Positions 25,300-36,828 of a DNA stretch of 64,000 bases are shown here, piece after piece (the first letter of the stretch is position 1; each line of letters starts with the position of its first letter). Made by a program: the position numbers and the translations under genes. The stretch is from assembly GCF_001194135.2 (NCBI RefSeq), contig NC_068987.1, positions 36,265,362 through 36,329,361 of the forward strand, written 5' to 3'. Origin of the DNA: Octopus bimaculoides (lineage: Eukaryota). The notes beneath the pieces are model-generated. The model saw only the letters and a program-made list of their open reading frames with translations, did not search any database and was not told where the DNA came from.

Positions 25300-27130
25300 T
25301 GGTAATCTTGAGTTTCAAGCGTGATGCTAGTCATCAGCCATTCCGAATTTGAATGACAGAAGCTGATTGTTTTCACCGGTCGAGGAAGGTCACGCAGTGT
25401 CGTTGTTTGATGTTGGTGTATGGGTAACAGTTAGTTGTAAGATACCGCATGGCAAACAGGAAAGTGACCACGTGCACGACAGGAAATATAGAAGTTGGCG
25501 ATTAGAAATCGGTCAGATTGTTGGGGGCGGAAGTAGGAAGAGATGGAATGCGCAAGTAAGTAGTTGTATATGTGGGTGTGTAGGCACACTCATATAGTTT
25601 TGCTTGCATGTGTATATTGATGTAAGTATGCGCATTTATACATGGGTACGCATCCGCACGTCTGCACAAGTACATGCGCGCATGCGCACGCGCATACGCA
25701 CACATGAACACACATACACGCATACACATATATGCGCATTCATTTATATATATATATATATGTATATTTGCATGCATGTTTGTATGCATACGAGTTTGTG
25801 TGCACACATGCATTCGCGTGCACATGTCCTCTCGTATATGCCCGTGCGCCAGTATACACATGCAAAACAAGTGTTGGGGATTGGTAGGCGTTGGGGACTT
25901 GTATACGTTGGGGTTTCGCAAACATTGGGAATTGGTAAATGGCGATCCTGGTCATGGGGCTTGTTGGTACCGGTTTCCTATGTCCAGGCGATGCAGAGTA
26001 GGAGCAGGCGTTAAGGTGGTATATCCGGGTTGTCAGCAGTCAGACATGAAATTTGCCAGATTAGCATATCTCTGGTGACAGCCATGCGATAAATCGTATT
26101 TCTTGTTGATGAATAATGCAGGTTGTTGGAGGATATCAAATTTTCGCGCAGGGAAAGCTGGCAGTTTAGGACGCCGGGTGAATAAAGTGGTGCTTTGTCG
26201 ACAATAGTCCAACTGATGCCGGGTATTTCATTCCGGAGACCACGGAATTTCCAGTGAAAACGATACAGGGGAGTATAGTTCTCTCTGTCCCTGCATCTGA
26301 ACGAGTTTATATGCTAGAAGTATCTTCCCTTGAGGTCATTAGCTGTCATACCCGTATAGTACTTAGTAATGCCATCGTATGTTGTAAGGGTGGCGCTGTA
26401 TACGACATCTCTTGAGAGACGAGATCCTTTTAGAGGGCACATCGTAGCATTTCGACAATTGCAGGTTTTGGTTGGATGGAGTGGGTGCATTTTTACGTCA
26501 ATTGATGCGTGCTATGTTAGATGCGATGTTGTCTAAGCAGAAGTTGCTTACCTTGACATTATGGGGATTGAAGAGTTTGTAATACTTATGATCTATGGGA
26601 AAGTGTTTCTTAATTGACAACAGGAAGCGCCTAGCTACGTTGAGTGAAGCTTCTCGGTTAAAAGGACGGTTATACCATATAATTTTGCTTCTAATCCTTT
26701 TGGGGTGACGAGAGGGTGTTTCGGGGTTATCCATATATGTGAGTTTCTTAGTAAACCCGCTTCTAGCCAAAGCATTGTTGAGGTGGTAAGTGGCCGAGAG
26801 ATAAGATAGTTGGTTACTAATGACGCATAGTAGGTTTCCAATTACAGCGGGGGTATTTTTTGCGCTCTTGTGGATGTATACTGTATCCTCATAAAGCTTC
26901 TTGTGCAAGTAATACTTTCCAGTACCGAGGTCTAAGGTTACGTCCAGGAAATCGACCGTAGTCAGGTTGGTGGTAACCGTTATGAACAGGCCAAATTCCT
27001 TATCCATAGTGTGACCGTTCATATGACTTGACATAGCCAGGCCGTCGTCCATATAGAGGGCCGACCTATGTGGGTGGGTACGTTCCTTAGGGGATCCAAG
27101 ATGTATAGCCCTACGAGGTCGGCGATGTTA
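25300..27130 (-). mobile_element. 5'-truncated PLE: RT C-terminal half, GIY-YIG endonuclease and 3' pLTR
   Basis: ADLVGLYIL...LYMDDGLA, VDFLDVTLDL, YIHKS, IIWYNRPF, KHFPIDHKYYKLFN (ORF 26498-27052); VVYSATL...YYTGMT (about 26340-26410). A CA-rich tract interrupts 25560-25860. Confidence 0.9.
25303..25340 (-). ncRNA. Degenerate minimal hammerhead in the 3' pLTR of the 25300-27130 PLE
   Basis: Minus strand: UGG-CUGAUGA-CUAGC AUCAC GCUU-GAAAC UCAAG AUUA-CCA. Core and helix I UGG/CCA are intact; helix III has mismatches (ACUCAAGAUU versus the palindrome ACUCUAGAGU). Confidence 0.6.
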
Positions 27131-27621
27131 TTTACTGGTAAATTATTCCATTATCACAAGGATAAATGTTAGAGTTACAGTGGTAGGCAAAGCGTATCAA
27201 AAATAGAGGCAGACATATCAAAAGTCCAATCCTAGAGAGGAAGATATATAGATGAAATATACAAAGGACTTAGGGGTGAGGTGATGATTATAATGCTGAG
27301 GTGAAAAGAAAGGTTGGAGGGTTTAGTATTGCCTCACCGCCGAGAAATAGTGAGAGGTAATAGTTACTCTAAATGTGTGAGGGTAAGGAAGAGAAGTAAT
27401 CATATGTGTGTTTCATAAATACTTTCTGAGTGATTAATCTCGACACTAGATTCTCGAGGAATGGTCAGTACACGATGGATAACAAACGCTGGGGAGAAGC
27501 AGAGGGGAAGAAAAGGAGACAGGAAGCATAGAAGAATTGCTGAGATTTGACATAAAGATTTGAAAGATTAGAAGTTATATTATCCTCATAAAATAGCACG
27601 CCATATTGTGTCTGATTTTCT

Positions 27622-27622
27622 T

Positions 27623-27670
<48 letters not shown>

Positions 27671-27798
27671 GCTGTTTACCAATCCATCCATCCATCCATC
27701 ATTCCACCCAGTCAGCCGGCCAGTATGTTTATATGTTTGTGTGCTTGTATATATATACATAGAGAGAGAGAAGGAGAGAGAGAAAGAGGGAGAGAGAA

Positions 27799-27855
<57 letters not shown>

Positions 27856-27856
27856 T
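27622..27856. repeat. Compound (TATC)n / (CCAT)n / (GA)n microsatellites
   Basis: Direct read. Confidence 0.9.
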
Positions 27857-28680
27857 AAAGCATAATAGTATACCATGCACAATTAGTTTATCCTTTGAAA
27901 TAGATGCTAAAAAGAAATTTCCGAATCCATATACATACAAAGAGTGACGTGTCAGCATTTGCGTTTATCGTACTATCTATCTCTGTGTCTAGCAATAAAT
28001 CTTTCGCCCACTCTGAATCATAAGATCTGACAGGTATCGATTTAATCACACATTGTTTTCAACCTAGTCCGCCCATTAAGCTTTGATTTCATCAATGTAT
28101 TGGAATGTTTAGTAAACATAAATATTTGTCAGCCTGGCGACCGTGTACAATAAATATAGTTTTATCTGTATTTTTATCTGCTATTCTCTCGAAACCATCT
28201 CATGTGCTTCCTTCATATTGATTGTATATATGCTATATAATGGATCCTGCGTAGGTGTCTACGATGGGCAAACAGCTGACTGATCGATTGAACTCTATAC
28301 ATTAAAGTCTAAATGAATAATGACTGTGCAGACTCGTGTAAAATTAACGTAATTTTAGAAGTCAAAGCAGCGTCACAGGACAACTGATAAAGCTGGTGTT
28401 AGATATTAGAAATACAATCCATGTTAAGGTCTTCCATTATTTTATAGAAACTCAACTTCATTGATAATTCTTCATTATTCATATATGCGTCCATACACAT
28501 ATATGCGCATACATACATATCGTACATACGTGTGTATGCATGGGTACATATATATATATTTACACACACACATATTCATACACATATTCATACACATACA
28601 CATTCACGTATATACATATATCAAAGTGCAATGTACTGAATGCCATACATAATAAACTCTACTACACTCACGAGTAAAAA

Positions 28681-29870
28681 TTGGGTTGAGTCAGAAATAA
28701 TTTCCGATTTTGTTAAATACCGTTACTCATGAAAAGATATTTACAAAAAGATATTTACAAAAAATCATTTGCAATTATCAGTATATTTGTCATTATCTTG
28801 AATGACCTCTTGCCATTTATCAGGTAATATTTTGATTCCTCTCGAGTAAAATTCGACATTTTTCCCCATAAGAGTATTTTGTAAAGAGAGAGAGGAAGAT
28901 GGAAATCAGTTGGTGCACGGTCCACACACCAGGCCAAATTCAATATTTTATCCCGCGTGATCCTCGCTGAATGTGGTCTTGCGTCATCATGCAGAAGCAT
29001 ATTTCTCCTATTGATGAGTGCAGGGCATTTTCTTAAAAGGTTTTGATGCACATGTTGCAGCTTTTGAAAGTATATGTCGGCTTTAGTGTTTGATTTCGGT
29101 TTTAAAATTCAAAATGAATAATACTACGGAGATTCCACCGTACACAAAGCATAACATCCCTTCCATAGAACTCAGCCTGTGAGATAAGTTGTGGAGATTT
29201 ATCTTTGTCAGTCCACTGCCTTTTGCATTGAGCATCGTCATAAAAGACCCATTCTCCATCACCTGATATTATTGAGAAACGGGTAATTTTTCTACCTTGA
29301 AAGAAGACGTGTCCCTATGGACATGAGATCTCTCTTCTCACTAAGCTTATGGGACCCAGCTTTCTGACTTTTCCTGTCTTTTTAAAGAGGCGGCAGATGT
29401 TGGACTGGGATGTGCTAAGGGCAACTACTAATTAATTCGTACTTTCACAAGGATTGAATTCCACTAATTCTCTTAAAACATCTTACTAAGCATCCTGATG
29501 TGAAGTCTGATGAGCGTCATCTCAATGACAAATCTTTGGAGTGAAACTTTGAAAACCGATTTCGCACTTGAGAGTCAGTAATGACATTTTGGCCATAAAT
29601 ACTGCATATATTCTGAGTTGTTTCTGTGGCGTGTTTTTCCATTCTTAAACTCTCACATCACATGTTAAATATGCATTTCCAGTTCATCCATTTTAGGGGA
29701 GTGAAATTTAATATTAAACTGATGTGCACACTTCCACTCCTTAAATACGAATGGCAGATTAGGCTCTTTTAGAAACGGTAGCTTCCATTTCAATTTTAAA
29801 CGTTTCAACTTCGAAATGTATCATTACAATTTATTTCCACAAAGCGGAAATTATTTATGGATCAACCCAA
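28681..29870 (-). pseudogene. Full-length mariner (DD34D) fossil, 1190 bp, both TIRs present
   Basis: TIRs TTGGGTTGAGTCAGAAATAATTTCCGATTTTGT (28681) and the reverse complement TTGGGTTGATCCATAAATAATTTCCGCTTTGT (ends 29870, followed by TA). Decayed transposase: EFKNGKNAT..., GDGEWVFYD, VMLCVRWN, LLHDDARPH, APTDFHL. Confidence 0.92.
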
Positions 29871-30184
29871 TATATGTAACATATCTACTCTCCGTTGGTT
29901 TTTGTAGTGAGGTCACTTGTCCGGACATAAGTTGTTTTTTTTTTTAATTTAAAAAAAATTTTTTATTTGATCTTTCCAAAATACTACATACTACTGTAAC
30001 CTGCAAATACACACACAAACGCAAGAACACAGTCATACACGTATATACATACTCATATATACGAGAGTATATTTTGAAATATATAAATATACACGAATAT
30101 AAATACATGTTTGTATAAATATGTGTGTGTGGATGTGTGTGTGTACATGCGTGTGTATGTATATATGTATGCTTGCATGCCATC

Positions 30185-30820
30185 TTTCAGTTTTATTTCA
30201 AGATTTGTTGACTATTGAGAAGGTGCCGGTTCCTAATCTAGATGCAAGACTCATTCATTGGAATTTTAACATCCCCAGGTACATTTGTAAGTATGTATAT
30301 GTGCTGATTTGTGTGTTTTGTTTTATGAGTATATTTTCATGCATATAGTTGCATATATAGACATGCTCAAATATACTTAAATAGTAAACATCTAGAAAGA
30401 TTTACAGCTTTTTTCAGTTCCAGTGATGGCTTGGACCTGTAGTCTTCGAACTAACTTCTTCCTTTCTGGCTTTGTGAAACATAATTTTTCAAGATTGGGT
30501 TTTAGGCAATGTTTTACATATCCCAGTACTCCAATAATTATAGGTAGAATCTTGAACTTGTAATCTGGATAGAATAACTGCAAATTTCTCAATAGTTCAG
30601 CATAGGTGTTCTCTTTTTCACTGATCTTCAGTTTTATGTTAACATTCTTGGGCTACCTGATTTCCACAACTGTACACAATGTCCTTTCTCTATCCGAAAT
30701 CATCGTATCAGGTTTATTGTGTTTACAATTTATTCAGGTTTTCACTGGGACATTCCACTAGTGCTCTTTTTGATTATGAGTGGATATGGCTTCTACCATA
30801 TTGTGGGTTCTTACATGTAT
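30185..30820 (-). mobile_element. RLE (R4/Dong-type) LINE family A, copy 2
   Basis: HNKPD...ENTYAELLRNLQLFYPDYKFKILPIIIGVLGY...LQVQAITGT, the PD-(D/E)xK endonuclease C-terminus, plus 3' UTR. Confidence 0.88.
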
Positions 30821-31470
30821 GTATTATGTATGTATGTACGTACGTTCGTGTGTGTGTGTGTGTGTGTCCTATGTATGTCTGTAGAGATATATATGAAAGA
30901 GTTTTAATTTTCATGTCTATTATAATAGAGACGAATCTTATGAAATTGTCATAGCTTCATTTAAATGCAATCCCTTGCTTTCTTAAATGCTAGGATTTTT
31001 TCACGGTTTATCATATATTGCGAAGAGGATGAAACATATCATTATTTAGTAAAAAGCACAAAGTCGACTTGATAGAAAAGCGAATTAATAGCTCTACTCT
31101 CTTATATAGAACATTACAAAAGAACTGAAAGATTGACATTGAAATCATTACTGATAGTGGTATTCAAAGCAAACATGAACACAATGATATACCTCATTGT
31201 CAGAAAGTATGAAATTAATCAGAATTTACCACTTAATATTTTATCCGGTGATGATGTTTACATTATCTACATCACATTTATTATTTTCCCTTTTTACCTA
31301 AGACAAAACGTGACAACAAAGCACCACTCTTAATGTTTGAAGCAGTAGGGGTGGTCGAGGAACTGACAAATACGTCTGGGAAAGTTATAATTCCAAACTC
31401 AGCTAAGTATACTATTAAACCAATACAAAAAATATAACTCAGTGATTATCTCATATTCAATAAACATACA

Positions 31471-31519
<49 letters not shown>

Positions 31520-32139
31520 CTGTTAGATTACATAACGCTAGTCAATACTATCAATACTATTTACATCTCATAATTTTCTGTAGTAACAGTTCGTGGACGC
31601 ACGGATTTCTGGGCGGTCTTCACTCAGTCAGCCTCCATGGATTTGTCGCTATTTCCAGTAATTCTTCAGGCTCTCTGTTCGTGTTCTTTCAAGATAACGA
31701 CCATTTCGTTTCACAACGCTAAAAAAGGAAAAATTAGACAGTTCAACTTACATTTGCATTACCCTGTACCTCAAAACTAGGTGGAACGAAACCGCCACAG
31801 GAGTGATGACCAGGGCGGCAGATAAAATATTTGCCCCTCTCATGACCGCTTCGGAAATGATTTTGTTTCGCTTATCCTTGAATGAACTATATAGTGTTCT
31901 TTTTAAATAATACGTCTTTAAAGGGATTGCTTCCGGACGAAAACCGGCACGTCCTGGCGTTTAAACAACACGCATGCGTTAAGTACGTGGTGTTGGCAAT
32001 ACTTACATTATATAGTTGATTCTGATGCATAATTTGACTTTGTGTGTGTGTGTGTGAGAGAGAGAGCGAGAGAGACAGAGAGACAGAGAGAGAGTGTGTG
32101 TATGTGTATTGGCACAGAAGTGTTTATGTATATACGTAC

Positions 32140-32214
<75 letters not shown>

Positions 32215-33179
32215 TCAACAAATAGTAATTTAGAGTTAATGGAACAGTCATAATATAAATGAAAAAATTTTTTTTAAGAAACAGCACCTACTTGTTGGGT
32301 TAAGCAGCTAAAAGAAGAAAATATTGAAGCGAAGAAACTGTGCCTACATTCTGAAAGAATTTAGAAAGATATAAGGTGAGAGTGAGAAATTGAAAACTTC
32401 TTTTACGTGAAAAAGCAAACCAAAATAGCAACAGCAAAAATAGGGAGACAGAAAATACTCAGTGAAGCTGTGAAACACTAATCTACATCCGGTTCGATTT
32501 CCACTCATTCACTTACATATTTTTTTCTAAAATTTTCGTTACTTCTTGCAGCATCTTCAATAGTCGTTGACTTTGTCCGTTATTGGAGCTGCGTTCATTT
32601 TGATTGTTTGTTTCAGCGCATGTGTGTGCGTCAGTGTTCATGTGTATATATATGTATGTATGTATGTTTGTATGTATGTGTGTATGTATGATTGTCTGTA
32701 TATATGAGTGTGTGTATGCATGCGTGTACGTTTGCTTTTATGTATTCTGCATAATCATATGTTTCTGTTCACATTTGTGTTTCGTATGCGCGTATGTGTA
32801 AATTTGTGTGTGCCTCTGTTTCCTTGTGTGTGCATTTTTAAATGTGTCAATGTGTATGGGTTCGTGTGACTATGTACGTGCATCCGTCATGTATGGATGT
32901 GTGTCTCTATACGTATCCTTGTGTTTGTGTAATGTGTGCGTGTATGTATATGGTCTTCGTTTGTGTACACATGAGTGTATGTGTGTATATGTGTGTTTGT
33001 GTATGTGTGCTTCTGTGTCTGTATTACCTATGTACCTATCTATCTACTTATATATCTGTTTACTTGCATATCCATTTACCTACTAATATATATAAATATA
33101 CATATACGTCTAAATAACAGCCTATTAACAAATATACCTGTGAAGTATAAATTGTGGGTATTTGGGTATCACTACCTTC

Positions 33180-34400
33180 TATGTGTATCTCCTATTTAGT
33201 ACTAGGAATATTTCATTTATGAGGACGCACTCCTGTATTTGTTTGAGTGATGCGTCCTTCGAGTGCTTGGATAAAATTCGGATGTCAAGTCGACCCAGTA
33301 TGTTTCTATGTTGGTCATTGGCATTGGTAGAGTATGGAAGACTGTTTTTTGTCGTCATATTGCCTCAAATGTCATGCTTCTCGATATCTCACCAATGTAT
33401 GCCGTCTTCTTTTGTCTTTAGAAGCACCCTCTATTTCTCCTTATGCTGTAGACTACATTTCTAGTTCTACAGTTAATGCCAGGATTAATCTTACATGCCA
33501 TGCAGTTCTCGTCGGTGCATGTGGCATTCTCAAGGGGTACGTCCTACATAATAGTGATCTTCCGGAGATTCCTGGCTTTTCAATGACAAGAATGTTGAGT
33601 CTGGCCTCCTTCAGAGCTTTTTCTAAATCTTCGGGCTAATTTTCCATGGGCTGTGGTCTCTACAAACATCACCCTTTGATATTTGTCGGCCTTGTCCCAT
33701 GTATTCACTCAGTTTGTTTTGTCACAAACCCCGTGTATCTTATTCCAGTCTTTACTTCTGTATCTAGAGGAGGTACCACTGGTTTCAGTACATATCACAC
33801 TATCTATCTTCTTTCTAGCTCTCCTTTATGCCCGAACCCTATTTTTCTGGTTATATCCAGAAAACTGCATGCACTGCATGAAGTTATGTACATGTTTCTT
33901 TGTTTCAAAGGGTTCGCATGGTGGGACATGTTGTTCATTATCCTAAATAAGTCTGCTATCAGTATGTTGATTTTCAGGTAGTGTGACAAAGCTGAGTGTA
34001 ATAAGAGTGGAGGAGCTTCACCCTGTTGTTCACAGTCTCTAACCAAAGTCCAGTATCAAGAACTGACAGTTAGGGTATCTCGTGGTGTCATCTTCAGTTA
34101 GCTTCATATTTTGGTGGATAAATTTAGCTATGTACTGGATGTTCTCCATTATGCGCCTCTCGGTTTCTACACTACAGATACTAGAGTTTGTCCTCTCTAG
34201 AAAATTAATGTTATCTACATACCTACAGTAAATCAAAACAGTTGTGGACTGTTCAGCTAAGGATTTTTGAAGTTTTGTGTCCCTCCAGGACATGAAGAAA
34301 CCAGCCACATCTGCAGCCACACCAACACCAATAGATGCACCTTGAACCTGCATGTATAGTCTCCAGTTAAACATTACGATGTGGTTCTTCAAGGTGGTTC
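33180..34400 (-). mobile_element. PLE of a second family (RT plus C-terminal GIY-YIG), frameshifted
   Basis: YMQVQGASIG...FM...YCRYVDN (34039-34392); MQFSGY; VMFVETTAHGKLA...VIEKPG; CRTRNVVYSI...AYIGEISRS. Confidence 0.85.
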
Positions 34401-34603
34401 ATATGCTAGGCTCTGCTGCATGTGCAATCATTTTTTTCACTTAACTGTTTTTCTCATGATCCTAGGTGGGTATAGACCAGCCACTCCAGCGCTCTGCGGT
34501 GCTTTTCTTAACTGCCAAGGTGATGGTGGATGGTATTCTCCTCTGTGATCTGGTGAGGCAGAATCTACTAAGGTGATGTGTGTCTAGGTAGTTAATATGT
34601 ATA

Positions 34604-34945
34604 GGTGCAGGAGTGGGTGTGTTATGAAGCTTGCTTCGCAACCATGCGGTTCCGAGTTCATTCCCACTGCGTGGCTCCTTTCGCAACTGTCTTGAGTGAA
34701 TCTGGCAGACAGAAACTGAAAGACGGCCGTCGTATATATATGTATATATGTGTCTGTGTTTCTTTGTTTGAGTTTGTCCCGACCTTCCTCGTTTGACAAA
34801 CAGTTTTGGTGTGTTTCCGTCCCCGTAAATTAGCGGTCCGGCAAAACATAGAATAACTACCACGCTTACAAATAATAGTCGACTAAAATACAGAGCTTCA
34901 TCATGGACCCAGTCAAATGACTGAAACAAGTAAAAGGATAAAGGA
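34604..34945 (+). mobile_element. tRNA-derived SINE (CORE-like)
   Basis: GGTGCAGGAGTGG...GGTTCCGAGTTCATTCCCACTGCGTGG head; tail CAGTCAAATGACTGAAACAAGTAAAAG. Confidence 0.75.
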
Positions 34946-35022
34946 AAAGAATATATATACTTTCTCCATGAAAGTAATTGTATTTCTGCATATAGCTTTA
35001 TTTTGCTCTATTGTAAACAAAA

Positions 35023-35060
35023 CTGTCCTACGAACGGGAACATGAAACTCTGAGTAATAG
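35023..35060 (+). ncRNA. Minimal hammerhead remnant (upstream pLTR)
   Basis: CUGU-CCUACGA-ACG GGAA CAU-GAAAC UCUGA GUA-AUAG. Confidence 0.6.
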
Positions 35061-36340
35061 TTTTGTGATATTTTTGCTGCTTTTTAATGAAGCATATTAC
35101 TCTACCTTTCGTATTTGATTACTACTTTTCCCACTTTGCTTCGCATTTATATTCTTCCTCTGGTGCAACCCGCTCCATCTTTTTAGAAAGTTTGAGCCAC
35201 TCTCCACAAGTAGGAACAAGAAACAATTGAGAAAATGGAACTTTACCCAATGGATGTTTCCCTAAAATATATAGTGATCCTGACACAGAAGCAATACCTC
35301 AAAAGTCTTATCGACAAAACGGAGTATTTTATCCGAAGAATAAGATAGAAAGTCTTCGTCTTTGATATAAAGCAGAAATCTATCGGAAACAAATACGGCC
35401 TTAAATCTTCTAAAAATACACCACCCATTTCGGAATTATAAGCCTTGGAAAAGACCTTTTCGAGCTTATTAGAATACTTAAATTGCACTGATTCAACAAC
35501 CAAATCCAAAGAGATATGAATGAAAAAATTAGAGACACAAAGAACTCAGATCTTGTAAACTCCGTCAAGACAAAAAAACTTAAACGCTGTTGACAATGTT
35601 GTTTATAAACCTTTACTTTCGAACAGTATCACAGACACCTACAAAAACGAATATATATAAAGAGGTGAATTTGCAGGCAAGTAGAATTGCTAACAATCTT
35701 AAAGTTAGTGATAGGTTAGAATACCCCCCCCCCCCCACGCTAAACCTCTATAACACTCAATCTTCACAAAGCTCATTTCAATAGAAACCCTAAATATAGA
35801 CTAATTAACCCAGCTAAAACTGAAATAGGCTTTATTAACGAATACATCGTAATCGTATTTTAAGCAAGTTAAATAGTGAATTGAATTTACGTATTTGGAA
35901 AAATAGCAAGTTAGTCAAAGACTGGTTCAAAGGAATTAGCCATAAGCATATCTTCAAATTTACGCAGTTCGATATTGTCGATTGTTACCCTTCAACATCT
36001 AGGCCTTGGCTTCTAAAAGCATTAAACTTGGTCAAGCACTATGTTACGATCGATAGCTCGGAAATAGATATTACCCTACATGCAAGGAAATCCGTTCTCT
36101 TTTTACGATGATTCCGCCTGGGTTAAAAAGAGTAAGGACTCTCTATTCGATGTGCCGATTGGGGGATATGATGGGGCGGAGTTGTGTATGTTTACAGGAA
36201 TTTTTATTTTGCATAACTTCTATAGATGCAGGATTATACAGGGACGACGGCCTTATCGTCACCCATAATTTAAACGGCCATGAGTTAGATAAACTAGGAA
36301 CAATCTGATTACTTTCTTCCAAAGAATGGGCTAAGTAAAA

Positions 36341-36378
36341 CTGTCCGACGCACAGGAACGTGAAACTCTGAATAACAA
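36341..36378 (+). ncRNA. Minimal hammerhead remnant (downstream pLTR)
   Basis: CUGU-CCGACGC-ACA GGAA CGU-GAAAC UCUGA AUA-ACAA. Confidence 0.55.
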
Positions 36379-36646
36379 CAGTATTAGTGATAATTTTGCT
36401 GCTTTTAAATAAAGGATGTGTGTGTGGGTGTGTGGGTAGGTGTGTGGGTGTGTTTGTATGTATGTATATAGCGTCAGAGGAGCAAGAGAAATGTTGAAGA
36501 GACCACATTTCCTGTAAAATTTTATGGGAAAATTTAAACAATTTAGATTACGTAATGATTAATGCGAGGGCTGAATTCAACATATTTGTTGATGCAAGTT
36601 TATCAAGAGTTAAAATTATTCTATACTAACCCTAAGTCGAACTTAA

Positions 36647-36714
<68 letters not shown>

Positions 36715-36755
36715 CCACCAGCAGCAGCACCAGCACCAGCAGCAGCGCCAGCAGC

Positions 36756-36823
<68 letters not shown>

Positions 36824-36828
36824 CAGTA
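36647..36828. repeat. (GTA)n microsatellite with a central (GCA/CCA)n interruption
   Basis: Direct read. Confidence 0.97.

Larger units (their letters stand above)
35023..36417 (+). mobile_element. PLE with direct pLTR repeats flanking an N-terminal-to-RT fragment
   Basis: YLKSLIDKTEYFIRRI; RLINPAKTEIG; FTQFDIVDCYPS; HARKSVLF; FDVPIGGYDGAELC; LYRDDGL. About 70 bp at 35020-35095 is repeated at 36338-36415. Confidence 0.9.

Noticed and set aside
31590-31670. Two CUGA...GAAAU motifs on the minus strand
   Set aside because: Helices I and III do not pair convincingly.
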